A DNA stretch of 64,000 nucleotides from Promethearchaeota archaeon (GCA_030599585.1 JAUVNS010000001.1:64001-128000), one strand, 5' to 3'; shown: positions 1 to 10,290, numbered from the stretch's first letter. Translations and numbers: made by a program. The notes: generated from the sequence alone by a model not told the origin.

Positions 1-91
1 ACAAATGGAAGAGAAGGATGCTATGGAGGCGATAGAACAATGGAAAGAAATCGCTGAGGATCAGAATCTCGATTTATCCGATATGTTATGA
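1..91 (+). CDS. 3' end of a gene entering from the left edge (…QMEEKDAMEAIEQWKEIAEDQNLDLSDML*)
   Basis: Open frame from base 2 to TGA at 89-91 with protein-like composition; translated by hand. Confidence 0.55.
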   Translation, partial: QMEEKDAMEAIEQWKEIAEDQNLDLSDML

Positions 92-115
92 TTACGGATA
101 TCCAACTAAAAGAAA

Positions 116-301
116 CTACTTCTTCTTCTTATCTATGGTTGACATTACCAAATATTTTGCGTTTGAAAATATCGCAGCACCAATAAAAAGTAAACTTATC
201 ACATCAAGGATTATATTCGCATTACCAAACATCTCAAAGATAAACGCAGTTATCAAGCAAAACATTCCTAATACTAGTAGATTCTCTTTTTTCTTAACCA
301 T
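116..301 (-). CDS. small two-TM membrane protein
   Basis: 61 aa, two hydrophobic segments flanked by Lys clusters; purine-rich GGAGG/GGATGAG upstream on the minus strand. Confidence 0.6.
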   Translation of the reverse strand: MVKKKENLLVLGMFCLITAFIFEMFGNANIILDVISLLFIGAAIFSNAKYLVMSTIDKKKK

Positions 302-449
302 CTATCTCATCCCTCCTTTTATTAATTTTAATAATTTTTGGATTGCTCCAATCACGAAAGTTAAATTTGCTTATTTATTGATTCCATATATAGACTATAT
401 ATTTTAAATAATTGGGAGAAACAAGGGATGTAGAGAAACTTTACTCCGA

Positions 450-1253
450 TTACAAATCAAATAGCTCTAATTTTAGTTTCTTTAATTTATCGTAAAGTCT
501 TTTAATAGATTGGATCGCTTCTGATTGATCATTATGATCTAAAGGGGAGGTACCTTCTAAATCGGCTTTTCCAATTTCAAGATCAAAAGGGATGGAATGA
601 TAGAGCGGGATTTCCCAGGTTTTAATTCTCTCGTTAATTGCAGATAATTGAGTATCGTCAAAAATTTTATTGGCAATAAGAAAAATGTTAACAACTCCTA
701 ACTTTTTTGAGAGATCGATTATTTTATTACATAAGTCCAATGATTTTTGAGAGGGTTCAGTAACTACGAGCATCACATCGATTCCTTTAGCAGTTCCGCG
801 ACCTAAATGCTCCAGTCCCGCTTCAAAATCTACAATTATTACTTCATTTCTTTTTACAAGTAAATTAAATAGCAAGGTTCTAATGAGCGCGTTTTCGGGG
901 CATAAACATCCAGATGCGGGTTCTTCTATACCCCCTAAAACTAGAAGCTGTAAGTTATCTGGACCAGTAACTTTGAATCTATCTGGAATATCCGAGACTT
1001 TGGGATTAATGTTATAAACGCCGGCACCAGCTCCCTTTACAGATGTCCGCTCTTCAATCATAGCTGTCATCTCAGAAATCGGGACAATTTTTGATTTCAC
1101 ATCGTCTTCAATCCCCAGAGTATAACTTAGATTCATTGCCGAGTCGTTGTCAATCGCTAAAACATTAAATCCGTCTTTAGCAAATAGTCGAGCAATTGTT
1201 CCAGCTACAAGCGTTTTACCTACGCCTCCTTTTCCCGAAATCGCAATTTTCAT
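450..1253 (-). CDS. cooC: CooC/AcsF-type nickel-insertion ATPase (CODH/ACS maturation, MinD/ParA family)
   Basis: Deviant Walker A GKGGVGKT, GCLCPEN (CxC Ni motif), DFEAGLEHLGRG. Confidence 0.9.
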   Translation of the reverse strand: MKIAISGKGGVGKTLVAGTIARLFAKDGFNVLAIDNDSAMNLSYTLGIEDDVKSKIVPISEMTAMIEERTSVKGAGAGVYNINPKVSDIPDRFKVTGPDNLQLLVLGGIEEPASGCLCPENALIRTLLFNLLVKRNEVIIVDFEAGLEHLGRGTAKGIDVMLVVTEPSQKSLDLCNKIIDLSKKLGVVNIFLIANKIFDDTQLSAINERIKTWEIPLYHSIPFDLEIGKADLEGTSPLDHNDQSEAIQSIKRLYDKLKKLKLELFDL

Positions 1254-1423
1254 AAGAGATCCCTATTGAATTATAATATAAACTATATTTATTATGTTGT
1301 ATTAGATTTAAAAGCTTGAGATTTGATTCTGTAAATGACTCATAAGAATAGTTTAACATTAATAAGAAATTTTACAAATAATTAATATATTATTAGCACG
1401 GAATGTCAAAGGCGTTATTGAAG

Positions 1424-1684
1424 CTAACAGCTCTTACCCATCGATTGCATTCTTTTTGAGACTTTCATCATCTCATTAAAAATATCTGAGTTCTTTTTCG
1501 GATCTTTACACATAATTAACTTATCGTTCAGAATTTTAATTTTCATGGTTAACTCTGTGAATTCTTTAGGAGGATTTATTTGATAATGGTAAAGTAATGT
1601 TCCATTATCATCGCACTCAATAAATACCCATTGTTGATCTTTTTGAGACCAGTTCCATCTATTCTGAGTTAATTTTCGTATCAT
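1424..1684 (-). CDS. hypothetical protein
   Basis: 86-aa ORF with ATG start in the same orientation as its neighbours; no motif recognised. Confidence 0.6.
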   Translation of the reverse strand: MIRKLTQNRWNWSQKDQQWVFIECDDNGTLLYHYQINPPKEFTELTMKIKILNDKLIMCKDPKKNSDIFNEMMKVSKRMQSMGKSC

Positions 1685-1826
1685 ATTGAATAAACTTTCA
1701 GGAATTGATTAATAAATGCAGAGAAATGAAGATTCAAATGCTTAAACCTGTTTATTATTTAATGTTTTATGCGAACTGCTATTTATTTTTTTTAGAAAAA
1801 ACATATTAACGAGAAAATATAATATT

Positions 1827-3290
1827 TTAGGATTGCTTTAAATCTGAAAGCATGCTTAGTGCAGCTTCGCGAACATCAGTATCTTTATCTTCTAGCATTT
1901 TTTTTAATAACGGAGTTATATCATCTTTTTTAAAGTATCGAAATGCCTTAATAAGATAGAGTTTAACTATCCAATCATCGTCATTAACAATATCTTTTAA
2001 CACTTCAAATATGCGATCTCCTTTAATAACACTTAATATTTTTATAGCGTATGTCCTTACATCTCTGATATGGCTATTTAGGTCGTCGATCAATTGATTT
2101 ACGATGGTTAATTTATCACCTTCGCTTAAAAATCGATACATTCTAAAGAAAAGATTGGGAGGTAAGTATTCGTACACAACACTTTTAGGAGTACTTTCGA
2201 CCTCTATGGTTTTACCGTTATCATCTTTTTGTACTTTTAAGTCGACAATAATATCACTGAGTTGTTTGTTAGCATTCTCAAACTTCTGCGATTTAAGAAT
2301 TAGTTTATTTAACATTTCTTCTTTTTCTATAACTTTTTCCCGTAAATCATCGATTTTTTGAGTTCTAAAATTTATTTCTTCTCCTAATTTCTTTTCCATA
2401 TCGCTGTTTCTTTGTTTTAAATTTTCTATTATGGAAATATTAGTGTTAACGAGGTTATTCAAATCGTTATTCTCAATCTCTAAGTCAAATAGGATTTTAT
2501 TTAATTCTTCGAGCTCATTGTTATCTCCTTCAGCTTTAGGTAATTCAACTTGAAGTTTTACTGTTTCTTCTAATTTTTGTTGTATATAATTTACCTTTGC
2601 ATGATACTGATCGTTATCGTAAGTTAATTGGTCTAATATTTTATTTGTTTCACCTAACTCGCGTGAGAATTGATTTTTTAATGTTTCGTTCTCTTGATTT
2701 TGTTGTTTAAGATTTTCTAGCTCTTGTTGGAAATTTGCAATTTGCACGCGACTAATCCCGTTCTCTTCAGTTAATTGGATAATCAATTTTTTAGCATCTA
2801 GTAAATCAGAGCCCTCTTCGTCTGGATCTTCTTTAAGATTGACTGACTCTTTCTGGAGATTTGCCAAGCTGATATTAAGCTCTTCAACTTTTAATCGAAA
2901 ATTTTCGTTTTCTTCTGTTAATTGAACAATTTCTTTATTCGCATAGATTAGTTCTTCGTTTTCTCCTTCATATTTTTGAACATTTTCTAATTCCACAGTA
3001 ATTTCTGAAATCGTTTGTTGGAGAATTTCAACATCTTTATCCTTTTTTATAATATCTTGCCGTTGTTGCGTTACCAATTCTTTTAGCACAGAAATGTCTT
3101 CAGGAATATTACCGTTTGGAAAATTGGAAAGCTTTGACTCTTGGTTTTGAATTATTCTTATCTGTTCATCGATAGTAAAGTTTAAACGTTGGACCTCTTC
3201 TTTAAGCTCTCTATTCATTGTTTCTAAGTCAGCTTGAGCTTGATTAGCCGAATCAACCGAATCTATTAAATCTTTTAGTTCTTTACTCAT
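1827..3290 (-). CDS. long coiled-coil protein with C-terminal HEAT/PBS-lyase repeats
   Basis: ~350 aa E/K/N/Q/L-rich heptad region; C-terminal VRTYAIKIL, DDDWIVKLYLIKA, DKDTDVREAALSML. Confidence 0.8.
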   Translation of the reverse strand: MSKELKDLIDSVDSANQAQADLETMNRELKEEVQRLNFTIDEQIRIIQNQESKLSNFPNGNIPEDISVLKELVTQQRQDIIKKDKDVEILQQTISEITVELENVQKYEGENEELIYANKEIVQLTEENENFRLKVEELNISLANLQKESVNLKEDPDEEGSDLLDAKKLIIQLTEENGISRVQIANFQQELENLKQQNQENETLKNQFSRELGETNKILDQLTYDNDQYHAKVNYIQQKLEETVKLQVELPKAEGDNNELEELNKILFDLEIENNDLNNLVNTNISIIENLKQRNSDMEKKLGEEINFRTQKIDDLREKVIEKEEMLNKLILKSQKFENANKQLSDIIVDLKVQKDDNGKTIEVESTPKSVVYEYLPPNLFFRMYRFLSEGDKLTIVNQLIDDLNSHIRDVRTYAIKILSVIKGDRIFEVLKDIVNDDDWIVKLYLIKAFRYFKKDDITPLLKKMLEDKDTDVREAALSMLSDLKQS

Positions 3291-3400
3291 TTTAAACGCA
3301 AATTAATGTTCTAATTTGAATTATTAATAAAGGCATAGGCTAATAAATCTTTCTGATCGTAAATTTTAAAAAACATTTTTTCATAAAGGAAGTTTGCTAA

Positions 3401-3544
3401 ATGGGTGAAGGAAAATTAGGTAATGTATATAAAGATAAAAAAGAAGAAGAGAATTATGATTACGAAGATAACGAAGAAGACGATGACGATGACGAAGATG
3501 ATGATGACTACAATGATGGGGGATGGGATGAAGAAGATGAGTAA
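3401..3544 (+). CDS. 47-aa highly acidic microprotein (not in the ORF track)
   Basis: ATG 3401 to TAA 3542-3544: MGEGKLGNVYKDKKEEENYDYEDNEEDDDDDEDDDDYNDGGWDEEDE; AAGGA about 10 nt upstream. Confidence 0.65.
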   Translation: MGEGKLGNVYKDKKEEENYDYEDNEEDDDDDEDDDDYNDGGWDEEDE

Positions 3545-3619
3545 AATGTGTGTTAGTGAAAAAATCGAAAAAGAAGTAAGAAAAAAAAAAGTTTGTCCGT
3601 TGAATTTTACTTCTTAAAA

Positions 3620-4096
3620 TTATACAATCTCAATTGCCGTTATTTTATCTCCTTGTGCAATCTTGTCAACTACACTTTGATCCGCAGAACTTACTACTTC
3701 TCCAAAAATCGTGTGCTTGTTGTTTAAGTGAGGAGTAGGGACGTGCGTTATGAAAAATTGCGAACCATTCGTGCCAGGTCCAGCATTTGCCATGGCCAAT
3801 ATACCTGCTTTAATAAAGACTTTTCCTGATTTAAATTCGTCTGCGTAAGGATATGATACGTCTTTTCCTTGAAAGGGGAAAGATTTTACTCCAACTGCGC
3901 CCGGACCACCCGTACCATTTCCAAGAGGATCGCCCCCTTGAATCATAAAGTTAGGAATTACTCGATGAAATTTTATTCCGTTATAGAACCCTTTATTTAC
4001 TAAAAACAAGAAACTTGAAACAGTGAGTGGAGCTTCCTCGTCGAATAAGGTAATATTAATATCTCCTTTAGTTGTAATCATTTTTACTATTGTCAT
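3620..4096 (-). CDS. ppiA: cyclophilin-type peptidyl-prolyl cis-trans isomerase
   Basis: [45 protein letters not shown]. Confidence 0.95.
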   Translation of the reverse strand: MTIVKMITTKGDINITLFDEEAPLTVSSFLFLVNKGFYNGIKFHRVIPNFMIQGGDPLGNGTGGPGAVGVKSFPFQGKDVSYPYADEFKSGKVFIKAGILAMANAGPGTNGSQFFITHVPTPHLNNKHTIFGEVVSSADQSVVDKIAQGDKITAIEIV

Positions 4097-4261
4097 AATA
4101 CCTATAAAAAAGCATTTTTAAAAAATTGTTATAAAAAATTTCTTGGTAATAAACCCTAAAATAGAATTAATTTTTTTATGAAAAAAATATAAAAATTTTT
4201 AACTTACTAGAGATAAAACAGTTTTAGAATACAGTAAAAGTTCCAAATCACCCCAATTACT

Positions 4262-6430
4262 ATGGTAGAAAATAACGATATTTCTTATTTCTTTGATCCT
4301 AAAAGCATTGCAATCATAGGAGCAAGCTCAAAACCAGGAAAAGTAGGATATAATGTATTGAAAAATATCGTTGAATCAAAGTATAAGGGTAAACTATTTC
4401 CTATCAACCCTAAAGCAGAAGAGATACTTGGATTCACATCATACAAAAGCGTCTTAGATGTTCCAGAAGAAATCGACATAGCCATAATCGTTATTCCCGG
4501 TAAGCTTGTTAATCCTATAGCAGAAGAGTGCGGAAAGAAAAATATAAAGGGGTTGGTTATCATTACTGCAGGCTTCAAAGAAATTGGAGGAGCCGGAATT
4601 ATTCTAGAACAAGAATTAGTCAAAATTGCTAAGAAATATGATATGAGAGTTATTGGGCCTAATTGTTTAGGTCTAATTGGCGTAAACTATAATGGTTCCT
4701 TCGCTGCCAATACTCCTAAAAAGGGGGAAATAGCTATGATTTCTCAATCAGGAGCCATGCTAACGGGAATGATGGATTATTCCATGGACCAAGCATTCGG
4801 ATTCTCTTGTAATATAAGCTTGGGAAATAAAGCCGACATGGACGAGGTTGATTTTATTGAATACTTGGCTAACGACCCAAACACTAAAGTAATCTTGTGC
4901 TATTTAGAAAGCATTGAAGATGGAAAAAAATTCCTTCGAGTTGTTTCGAAAGTTGCTCGCAAAAAACCTATTATTATTTTAAAATCTGGAGTTAGTCCTG
5001 CAGGTGCTCGAGCGGCTTCAAGCCATACTGGAGCTTTGGCAGGATCCGATATAGCTTACGATTTAGCTTTCGAAAAATGTGGAGTTTTAAGGGCAAATTC
5101 AATTGCGGAGCTTTTTGATTACGGTGAACTCTTTTTATATCAACCTATACCAAAAAAGAACTCTTTTGCTATTGTCACTAACGCAGGCGGACCCGGAATT
5201 GTAGCAACAGATGCATTTGAAAGAGAAGGTCTAAAATTTGCTCAATTTTCTGAACCAGTTTTGCACTTGTTAAGAGAAAATTTACCAGCTGAGGCGGCAA
5301 TATTTAATCCTATAGATATAATCGGAGATGCAACTCCTAAACGTTATGAATTTACGATTAAAACGATTTTTGGATTAAATCACGAAACAGTCCAAGGTTC
5401 TATCGAAGAAGAAGATATTACAACCTATGGCGCTCTAATTATAATGAGCCCCCAAGCTCAAACGAAACCAGCTGATGTTGCTAAATTAATTTATGATATA
5501 GCATCAAAACATCTATCTGATAAACCGATTGTATGTGCACTCATAGGTGGAGTCTCTATGGCAGAAGCTACAAAATATTTAAAACAGCACCGAATTCCCT
5601 GTTATCGATTTCCTGGAAGAGCTGCTCAATCTCTTAAAGGTATGGTAGAATATAGTGGCTTTATAAATAGAAAAAAGATAGAAGATTTAGAAGTAACAAA
5701 ATTTAAGGTAGAGCAAGAGAAAGTAGCAGAAATATTCAAGGAAGTCAGAGCCGATGGAAGAACAGTTCTCTTAAGCCACGAAACGAGTGAAATTTTCGAT
5801 AAATACGGAATTGTTTCACCAAAATCAAGATTAGCAAAAACACCAGCACAAGCGAGAAAATTACAGCGTGAAATAGGAAAATCAGTTTTAAAAATTGTCA
5901 GTCCCAATATTATCCATAAAACCGATGTAGGGGGAATATTCTTAAATATTGAAACCGAACAAGAAGCTTTTGAAGCTTATGTGCAAATCATTGAAAATGC
6001 TAAAAAATTTGGACCCCAAAACGCCCGCATTTATGGTGTCGAGGTCCAAGAAATGATCGATATTAAAAAAGAACTCAAAGTGAATGAAATTATTATCGGA
6101 ATGTCTGAAGATCCACAATTTGGACCTCTACTGATGTTTGGAACAGGTGGAATTTATGCTAATTTCATGAAAGACGTAAATTTTGCGTTGGCATGCAAGT
6201 TTACTAAGGAAGGAGCTAAAAAGTTAATCGAAAATACCAGAATCTATAGTTTACTTCAAGGAGTTAGAGGTGAACCCTCTTCTGATATTAATGCTATTAT
6301 AGAAGTTTTGTTAAGACTATCCCAACTTGTAAACGAATTCCCGGAGATTGTGGAATTAGATATCAATCCTCTACTTTCATTTGTTAAAGGGTATAGTGCG
6401 GTTGACATTAAAATTACGATATCGCGTTAA
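4262..6430 (+). CDS. acdAB: ADP-forming acetate/acyl-CoA ligase, fused alpha+beta subunits
   Basis: PKSIAIIGAS CoA-binding fold, GPNCLG, SQSGA, SHTG phospho-His, NPIDIIGDA, ATP-grasp HKTDVGG…ELDINPL. Confidence 0.9.
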   Translation: MVENNDISYFFDPKSIAIIGASSKPGKVGYNVLKNIVESKYKGKLFPINPKAEEILGFTSYKSVLDVPEEIDIAIIVIPGKLVNPIAEECGKKNIKGLVIITAGFKEIGGAGIILEQELVKIAKKYDMRVIGPNCLGLIGVNYNGSFAANTPKKGEIAMISQSGAMLTGMMDYSMDQAFGFSCNISLGNKADMDEVDFIEYLANDPNTKVILCYLESIEDGKKFLRVVSKVARKKPIIILKSGVSPAGARAASSHTGALAGSDIAYDLAFEKCGVLRANSIAELFDYGELFLYQPIPKKNSFAIVTNAGGPGIVATDAFEREGLKFAQFSEPVLHLLRENLPAEAAIFNPIDIIGDATPKRYEFTIKTIFGLNHETVQGSIEEEDITTYGALIIMSPQAQTKPADVAKLIYDIASKHLSDKPIVCALIGGVSMAEATKYLKQHRIPCYRFPGRAAQSLKGMVEYSGFINRKKIEDLEVTKFKVEQEKVAEIFKEVRADGRTVLLSHETSEIFDKYGIVSPKSRLAKTPAQARKLQREIGKSVLKIVSPNIIHKTDVGGIFLNIETEQEAFEAYVQIIENAKKFGPQNARIYGVEVQEMIDIKKELKVNEIIIGMSEDPQFGPLLMFGTGGIYANFMKDVNFALACKFTKEGAKKLIENTRIYSLLQGVRGEPSSDINAIIEVLLRLSQLVNEFPEIVELDINPLLSFVKGYSAVDIKITISR

Positions 6431-6473
6431 ATTAATTATAAAATAATAATAATAATAAAAAAATTAAAAAGAA

Positions 6474-7547
6474 GTGAGTAAAGTGGTAAAAGCATTCTAT
6501 TTGTGTAGTTTAGCACAAAGAGCTGGAAAGAGTTTTCTTTCCATTGGTTTTATTCAAAAATTACAAAAAGAAGGGAAACGTTTTGCGTACTTTAAACCGA
6601 TCGGGTGCCCACATGGAGCGTATAGTTCTAAGGCAGACAAAGATATTGAGTTCATTTTACAAAATGTCTATAAGGATCGAAGCCCTTATGATTTAGTTTG
6701 TCCAGTTTCTATTCCCGATTCATATTATATCGATTTAATTGATTCTAGTAAAAAATCAGAGTATATCCAAAAGATCAAGACGGCATACGACAAAATCGTT
6801 AAGGATGTTGATTACGTAATTATAGAAGGAGCACCTTCAATTCGGAAATTTGTGAGAGTGGGAATCGATGATGTTAGTATCGCAAAAGCTTTAGGCATCA
6901 ATGACTTAATCTATGTCTCTCCCGAATCTTCAGATGATTGCATTGATAATATATTTTTTACGAAAAATTACTTTGAATTCAGGAACGTTAGGATATCTGG
7001 GGTTATTTTTAATAAAATAGACCTAGAATACATAGCAAGAATCAAAGAGCTTCAAAAAGACCATATTGTTAAGTATAATTTACCAGTATTAGGTATAATA
7101 GAAAGGAGCATTGCATTATTTTCTCCCCGTGTGAACGAAGTGATGGAGGCAATAGGTGGAGAATTTATTAACGAAATGGCGTCAGCAGGCTTGAATAATA
7201 CTGTTGAAACTTTTATCATCGGAGCTATGAATGCTCAAGCTGCTCTTAAATATTTAAGACAAGTTAAAAAAGCGGCTGTAATTACAGGTGGAGATCGCGC
7301 AGATCTTGCGTTAGCAGCGCTATATGAAGATGTATCCGTGCTTATTTTAACTGGTTTTATACAACCCGATGCGAAAGTGATTACAGTAGCCAATGAGAAA
7401 AATATTCCGATAATTCTTAGCCCTTCTGATACGTATACGACAATGAGAAATCTCGAGAGAATAAAACCGGGAATTCAAGAGGATGAAATTCAAACAGTTT
7501 TAGATTTAATGGAAAACGAAATCGACTGGGATTTTTTGTTACAATAA
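6474..7547 (+). CDS. BioD-like/DRTGG domain protein (phosphotransacetylase N-terminal-like, lacking the catalytic PTA domain)
   Basis: AGKS P-loop, YFKPIG, IIEG, ITGGDRADL (DRTGG); GTG start. Confidence 0.85.
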   Translation: MSKVVKAFYLCSLAQRAGKSFLSIGFIQKLQKEGKRFAYFKPIGCPHGAYSSKADKDIEFILQNVYKDRSPYDLVCPVSIPDSYYIDLIDSSKKSEYIQKIKTAYDKIVKDVDYVIIEGAPSIRKFVRVGIDDVSIAKALGINDLIYVSPESSDDCIDNIFFTKNYFEFRNVRISGVIFNKIDLEYIARIKELQKDHIVKYNLPVLGIIERSIALFSPRVNEVMEAIGGEFINEMASAGLNNTVETFIIGAMNAQAALKYLRQVKKAAVITGGDRADLALAALYEDVSVLILTGFIQPDAKVITVANEKNIPIILSPSDTYTTMRNLERIKPGIQEDEIQTVLDLMENEIDWDFLLQ

Positions 7548-7614
7548 AAAACATAACTTTTTTGAAGCTCTTTGAAGCGTGCTCAAAATCAATAAAAATA
7601 AAAAAAAGGAAATC

Positions 7615-9729
7615 TCAAATGTACTTCTCTTTAAACTCTTTTAACTTTGCCAATACCTCGTCTCGTAAAGGACCAACGATTAATTTATCTGGCCATTTTG
7701 TTTTGAGATCTTTGGCAAACTGCATAAATTGATGCAATACCGGTCCAGGGGGAAATCGATCTTTCATATTTTCAATGAAATCTCCAAAGGTTCCTCCAGT
7801 TATGGTTTGATCTATTTTTTTAGATATACTTAAAAAAAGATCGTTAATAATTGCACTTTTTTCAGGACGCATAACCGAAACTGAACCACCAACACTTTTT
7901 TCTGTCTTATCTGATTGTATATTAGAAGAAGGAGCCAATTCTGAGCCTTTACGACCTTGAACAAGGATTTCTGGTTCATATCTTGGATATTCACCTTGTC
8001 CAGTACAACTATAATTAAGATTTAATGATTCATTTCCTTTTAACTCTGCAATCTTGACATGTAACTCAGATTCTTCCCCAATTTTAACAATTTCGTAATC
8101 TTTGATGTTGATATCAGTTAAATCGAAACCCTTAGGAATTTTATCTTTTACAATTATATTTTCTAGTTCTACATTTCCTTTATTCTGGAGCCTGACGCTG
8201 ATAGAAAACTCTCCATCAGAGATACCAGGTTTTATACTTTTAAGTGTTTTCAATTTTCGCTTTACATATCTTACTTTAATTTCTGGTTCAATATCTGGAG
8301 TTTTAATATACAGATTTCCTTCTAATGGGCTATTCATTTCTATTGTTACAGGAGTTTTGTAAAGCATTTCGGTAGGTGGGCGAGGATTTCTTGCTTTAAG
8401 AGGGTACGAAACGATTAATTTAGCATCTGCTTTAAACTCGCTAGATAAATTGAAAAGTTCGATAATGATTTGGTGTTTTTCATCTGGATTTTGATTATTT
8501 GGTTCAATTTGAAGCTTTTTTGTGAAATCTGTCCGAGAACTAATGTCAATCGCCCCCAATGTAAATCTTATCTGGTTTAACATAGGAGGAATAAAATCTT
8601 GGGGAATTTCATCTATTATATTAATTGTCCCTATATCTGAGGTGCCATTATTTACAATAATAATTTCTGATACCATATCAGTATTTGCGTACGCGTCAAC
8701 TTCTGCGGGATTAAGAGATTTATTTACAGTGGCGCTTAGAACGGGATAAACAGTAGATTCTTTATTAATTTCACCACACACTCTGGTGATAACAACGAAT
8801 AAAGGCGTGAATTCAATAACAGAACTTAATTCTGGAACATTCTTAGACTCAATTGGAAAATCAAAACTCCAAGATTGGTTTGGATTAAGCAAATGGTTAG
8901 GTGCTTGAGATACTACAGGTTCGATTCCTGTAGTGATTTTCTGTGAAACTTTAGCGCTCTCCAATTTTACTTGAAATTCCGACTCGTTAATAAACTCAAC
9001 ACTACAATCCCACATTCCTGGTTGAGTTCCTTCATCTCTGTCAATCCCGGACATTGAATCCGTAAGTCCTCGGACTTCTGGATTAACCAATGTTAATTTA
9101 TAATTATTAATTAAATAAGTTACATTTAAAGCGCCTAATGCTTTTACATCTGTATCCTTTAAATTTACAGTACATTTTAACACCAATTCAGCTCTTTGTT
9201 GTCCATCTAATGATATAATATCCCAATTCAAAGCCTTCTCCTCTCCATCCTCAGCAATACCTGCAATCCCAATGTTCGGATTAGCTAATTCAATTTCTTG
9301 GAAAAATGAGGGGATTTTTCTGTTCACTTTGATGTTTGATATAGGTATATCTAAAGGATTTGTTAGTATTAAACTCAGTTTACACTTATTCTCTGTTTCA
9401 AATAGAAATGTGTTATTTAATTTATCTGGCATAGAAATAGCAGTATCAAATATTTCAACGACTTTAAGAGAAGGTTCCTTTAAATTATGAATCTCGTATT
9501 CTTTTGAGTATTCTTGGTTTGGATTTAAAATTCCCACACTTAATTCTCTTGAATTAAATGTTGTATTAACAATCTCCTTTAAGTTGCATTCCAAATTCCA
9601 TAGTCGACTTTTCTGAGAAGGATTCTTTATTAGAATTTTTCCATTTCCTTTAATTTCTTTTTGATTTAGTTGACCATCTAAAAGAATTTTTTCATTTTCA
9701 GTAATATCTACAATTATTAAATCAGACAT
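7615..9729 (-). CDS. multi-beta-sandwich cytoplasmic protein (mu-homology-like N-terminal half, DUF11-like Ig repeats)
   Basis: 704 aa, no signal peptide or TM; repeated 'N.G….I.+.D.IP..F' Ig motifs; N-terminus resembles the adaptin mu C-terminal domain. Confidence 0.6.
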   Translation of the reverse strand: MSDLIIVDITENEKILLDGQLNQKEIKGNGKILIKNPSQKSRLWNLECNLKEIVNTTFNSRELSVGILNPNQEYSKEYEIHNLKEPSLKVVEIFDTAISMPDKLNNTFLFETENKCKLSLILTNPLDIPISNIKVNRKIPSFFQEIELANPNIGIAGIAEDGEEKALNWDIISLDGQQRAELVLKCTVNLKDTDVKALGALNVTYLINNYKLTLVNPEVRGLTDSMSGIDRDEGTQPGMWDCSVEFINESEFQVKLESAKVSQKITTGIEPVVSQAPNHLLNPNQSWSFDFPIESKNVPELSSVIEFTPLFVVITRVCGEINKESTVYPVLSATVNKSLNPAEVDAYANTDMVSEIIIVNNGTSDIGTINIIDEIPQDFIPPMLNQIRFTLGAIDISSRTDFTKKLQIEPNNQNPDEKHQIIIELFNLSSEFKADAKLIVSYPLKARNPRPPTEMLYKTPVTIEMNSPLEGNLYIKTPDIEPEIKVRYVKRKLKTLKSIKPGISDGEFSISVRLQNKGNVELENIIVKDKIPKGFDLTDINIKDYEIVKIGEESELHVKIAELKGNESLNLNYSCTGQGEYPRYEPEILVQGRKGSELAPSSNIQSDKTEKSVGGSVSVMRPEKSAIINDLFLSISKKIDQTITGGTFGDFIENMKDRFPPGPVLHQFMQFAKDLKTKWPDKLIVGPLRDEVLAKLKEFKEKYI

Positions 9730-9877
9730 TTTCTCTATAACCTTAATATGTTTTAAAAGTATTATTAAACAATTTTTTTTATATAAAAAAAATAAAGTTC
9801 AAAAATATAAGTTTTCGGAAATCAAAAATTTTTAAAAAATAAAAAAAAATAGAGATTAATTAAAAGTAAAAATACAT

Positions 9878-10153
9878 TTAGAGAGTTGGTAATATGGCTC
9901 CAAGTCCCATCAGGATTAAGAAAACTAGTAACATTGGTAAGATGAATAGAATAAATACTATATCGAAAATACCAAATATTAATCCTGCTATTGCCATCCC
10001 TTTAGATTCGTCCGCAATCAGGCCTACAATGCCAAGAACGATAGCCGCTCCTGGTAAATAGTAAAAACCAAAAGGAAGAGAACCTAACAAAAGCCATGCA
10101 AATAACCCTAATATCCCACAAAGTAAAGCGAGAATCCCAAAAAGTTTACCCAT
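9878..10153 (-). CDS. small three-TM membrane protein (DUF4190-like), paralogue of 27084-27347
   Basis: FGILALLCGILG…YYLPGAAIVLGIVG…AIAGLIFG. Confidence 0.7.
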   Translation of the reverse strand: MGKLFGILALLCGILGLFAWLLLGSLPFGFYYLPGAAIVLGIVGLIADESKGMAIAGLIFGIFDIVFILFILPMLLVFLILMGLGAILPTL

Positions 10154-10290
10154 TTTTATCACTAAATTTAGTTTTTATTAGTTTTAATTTCTATGTAGAG
10201 TTTATTAATCTTTAATGAGTGCAAGATCTATAAAAATCTTAGTATAAATAAAAGGGTAAAAGAGTTAAAATATAGCCTAATTCTGTAAAT

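Noticed and set aside
3423-3617. 64-aa ORF MYIKIKKKKRIMITK…
   Set aside because: Shifted-frame reading of the GAT/GAC-rich acidic ORF at 3401-3544, which has the better start context
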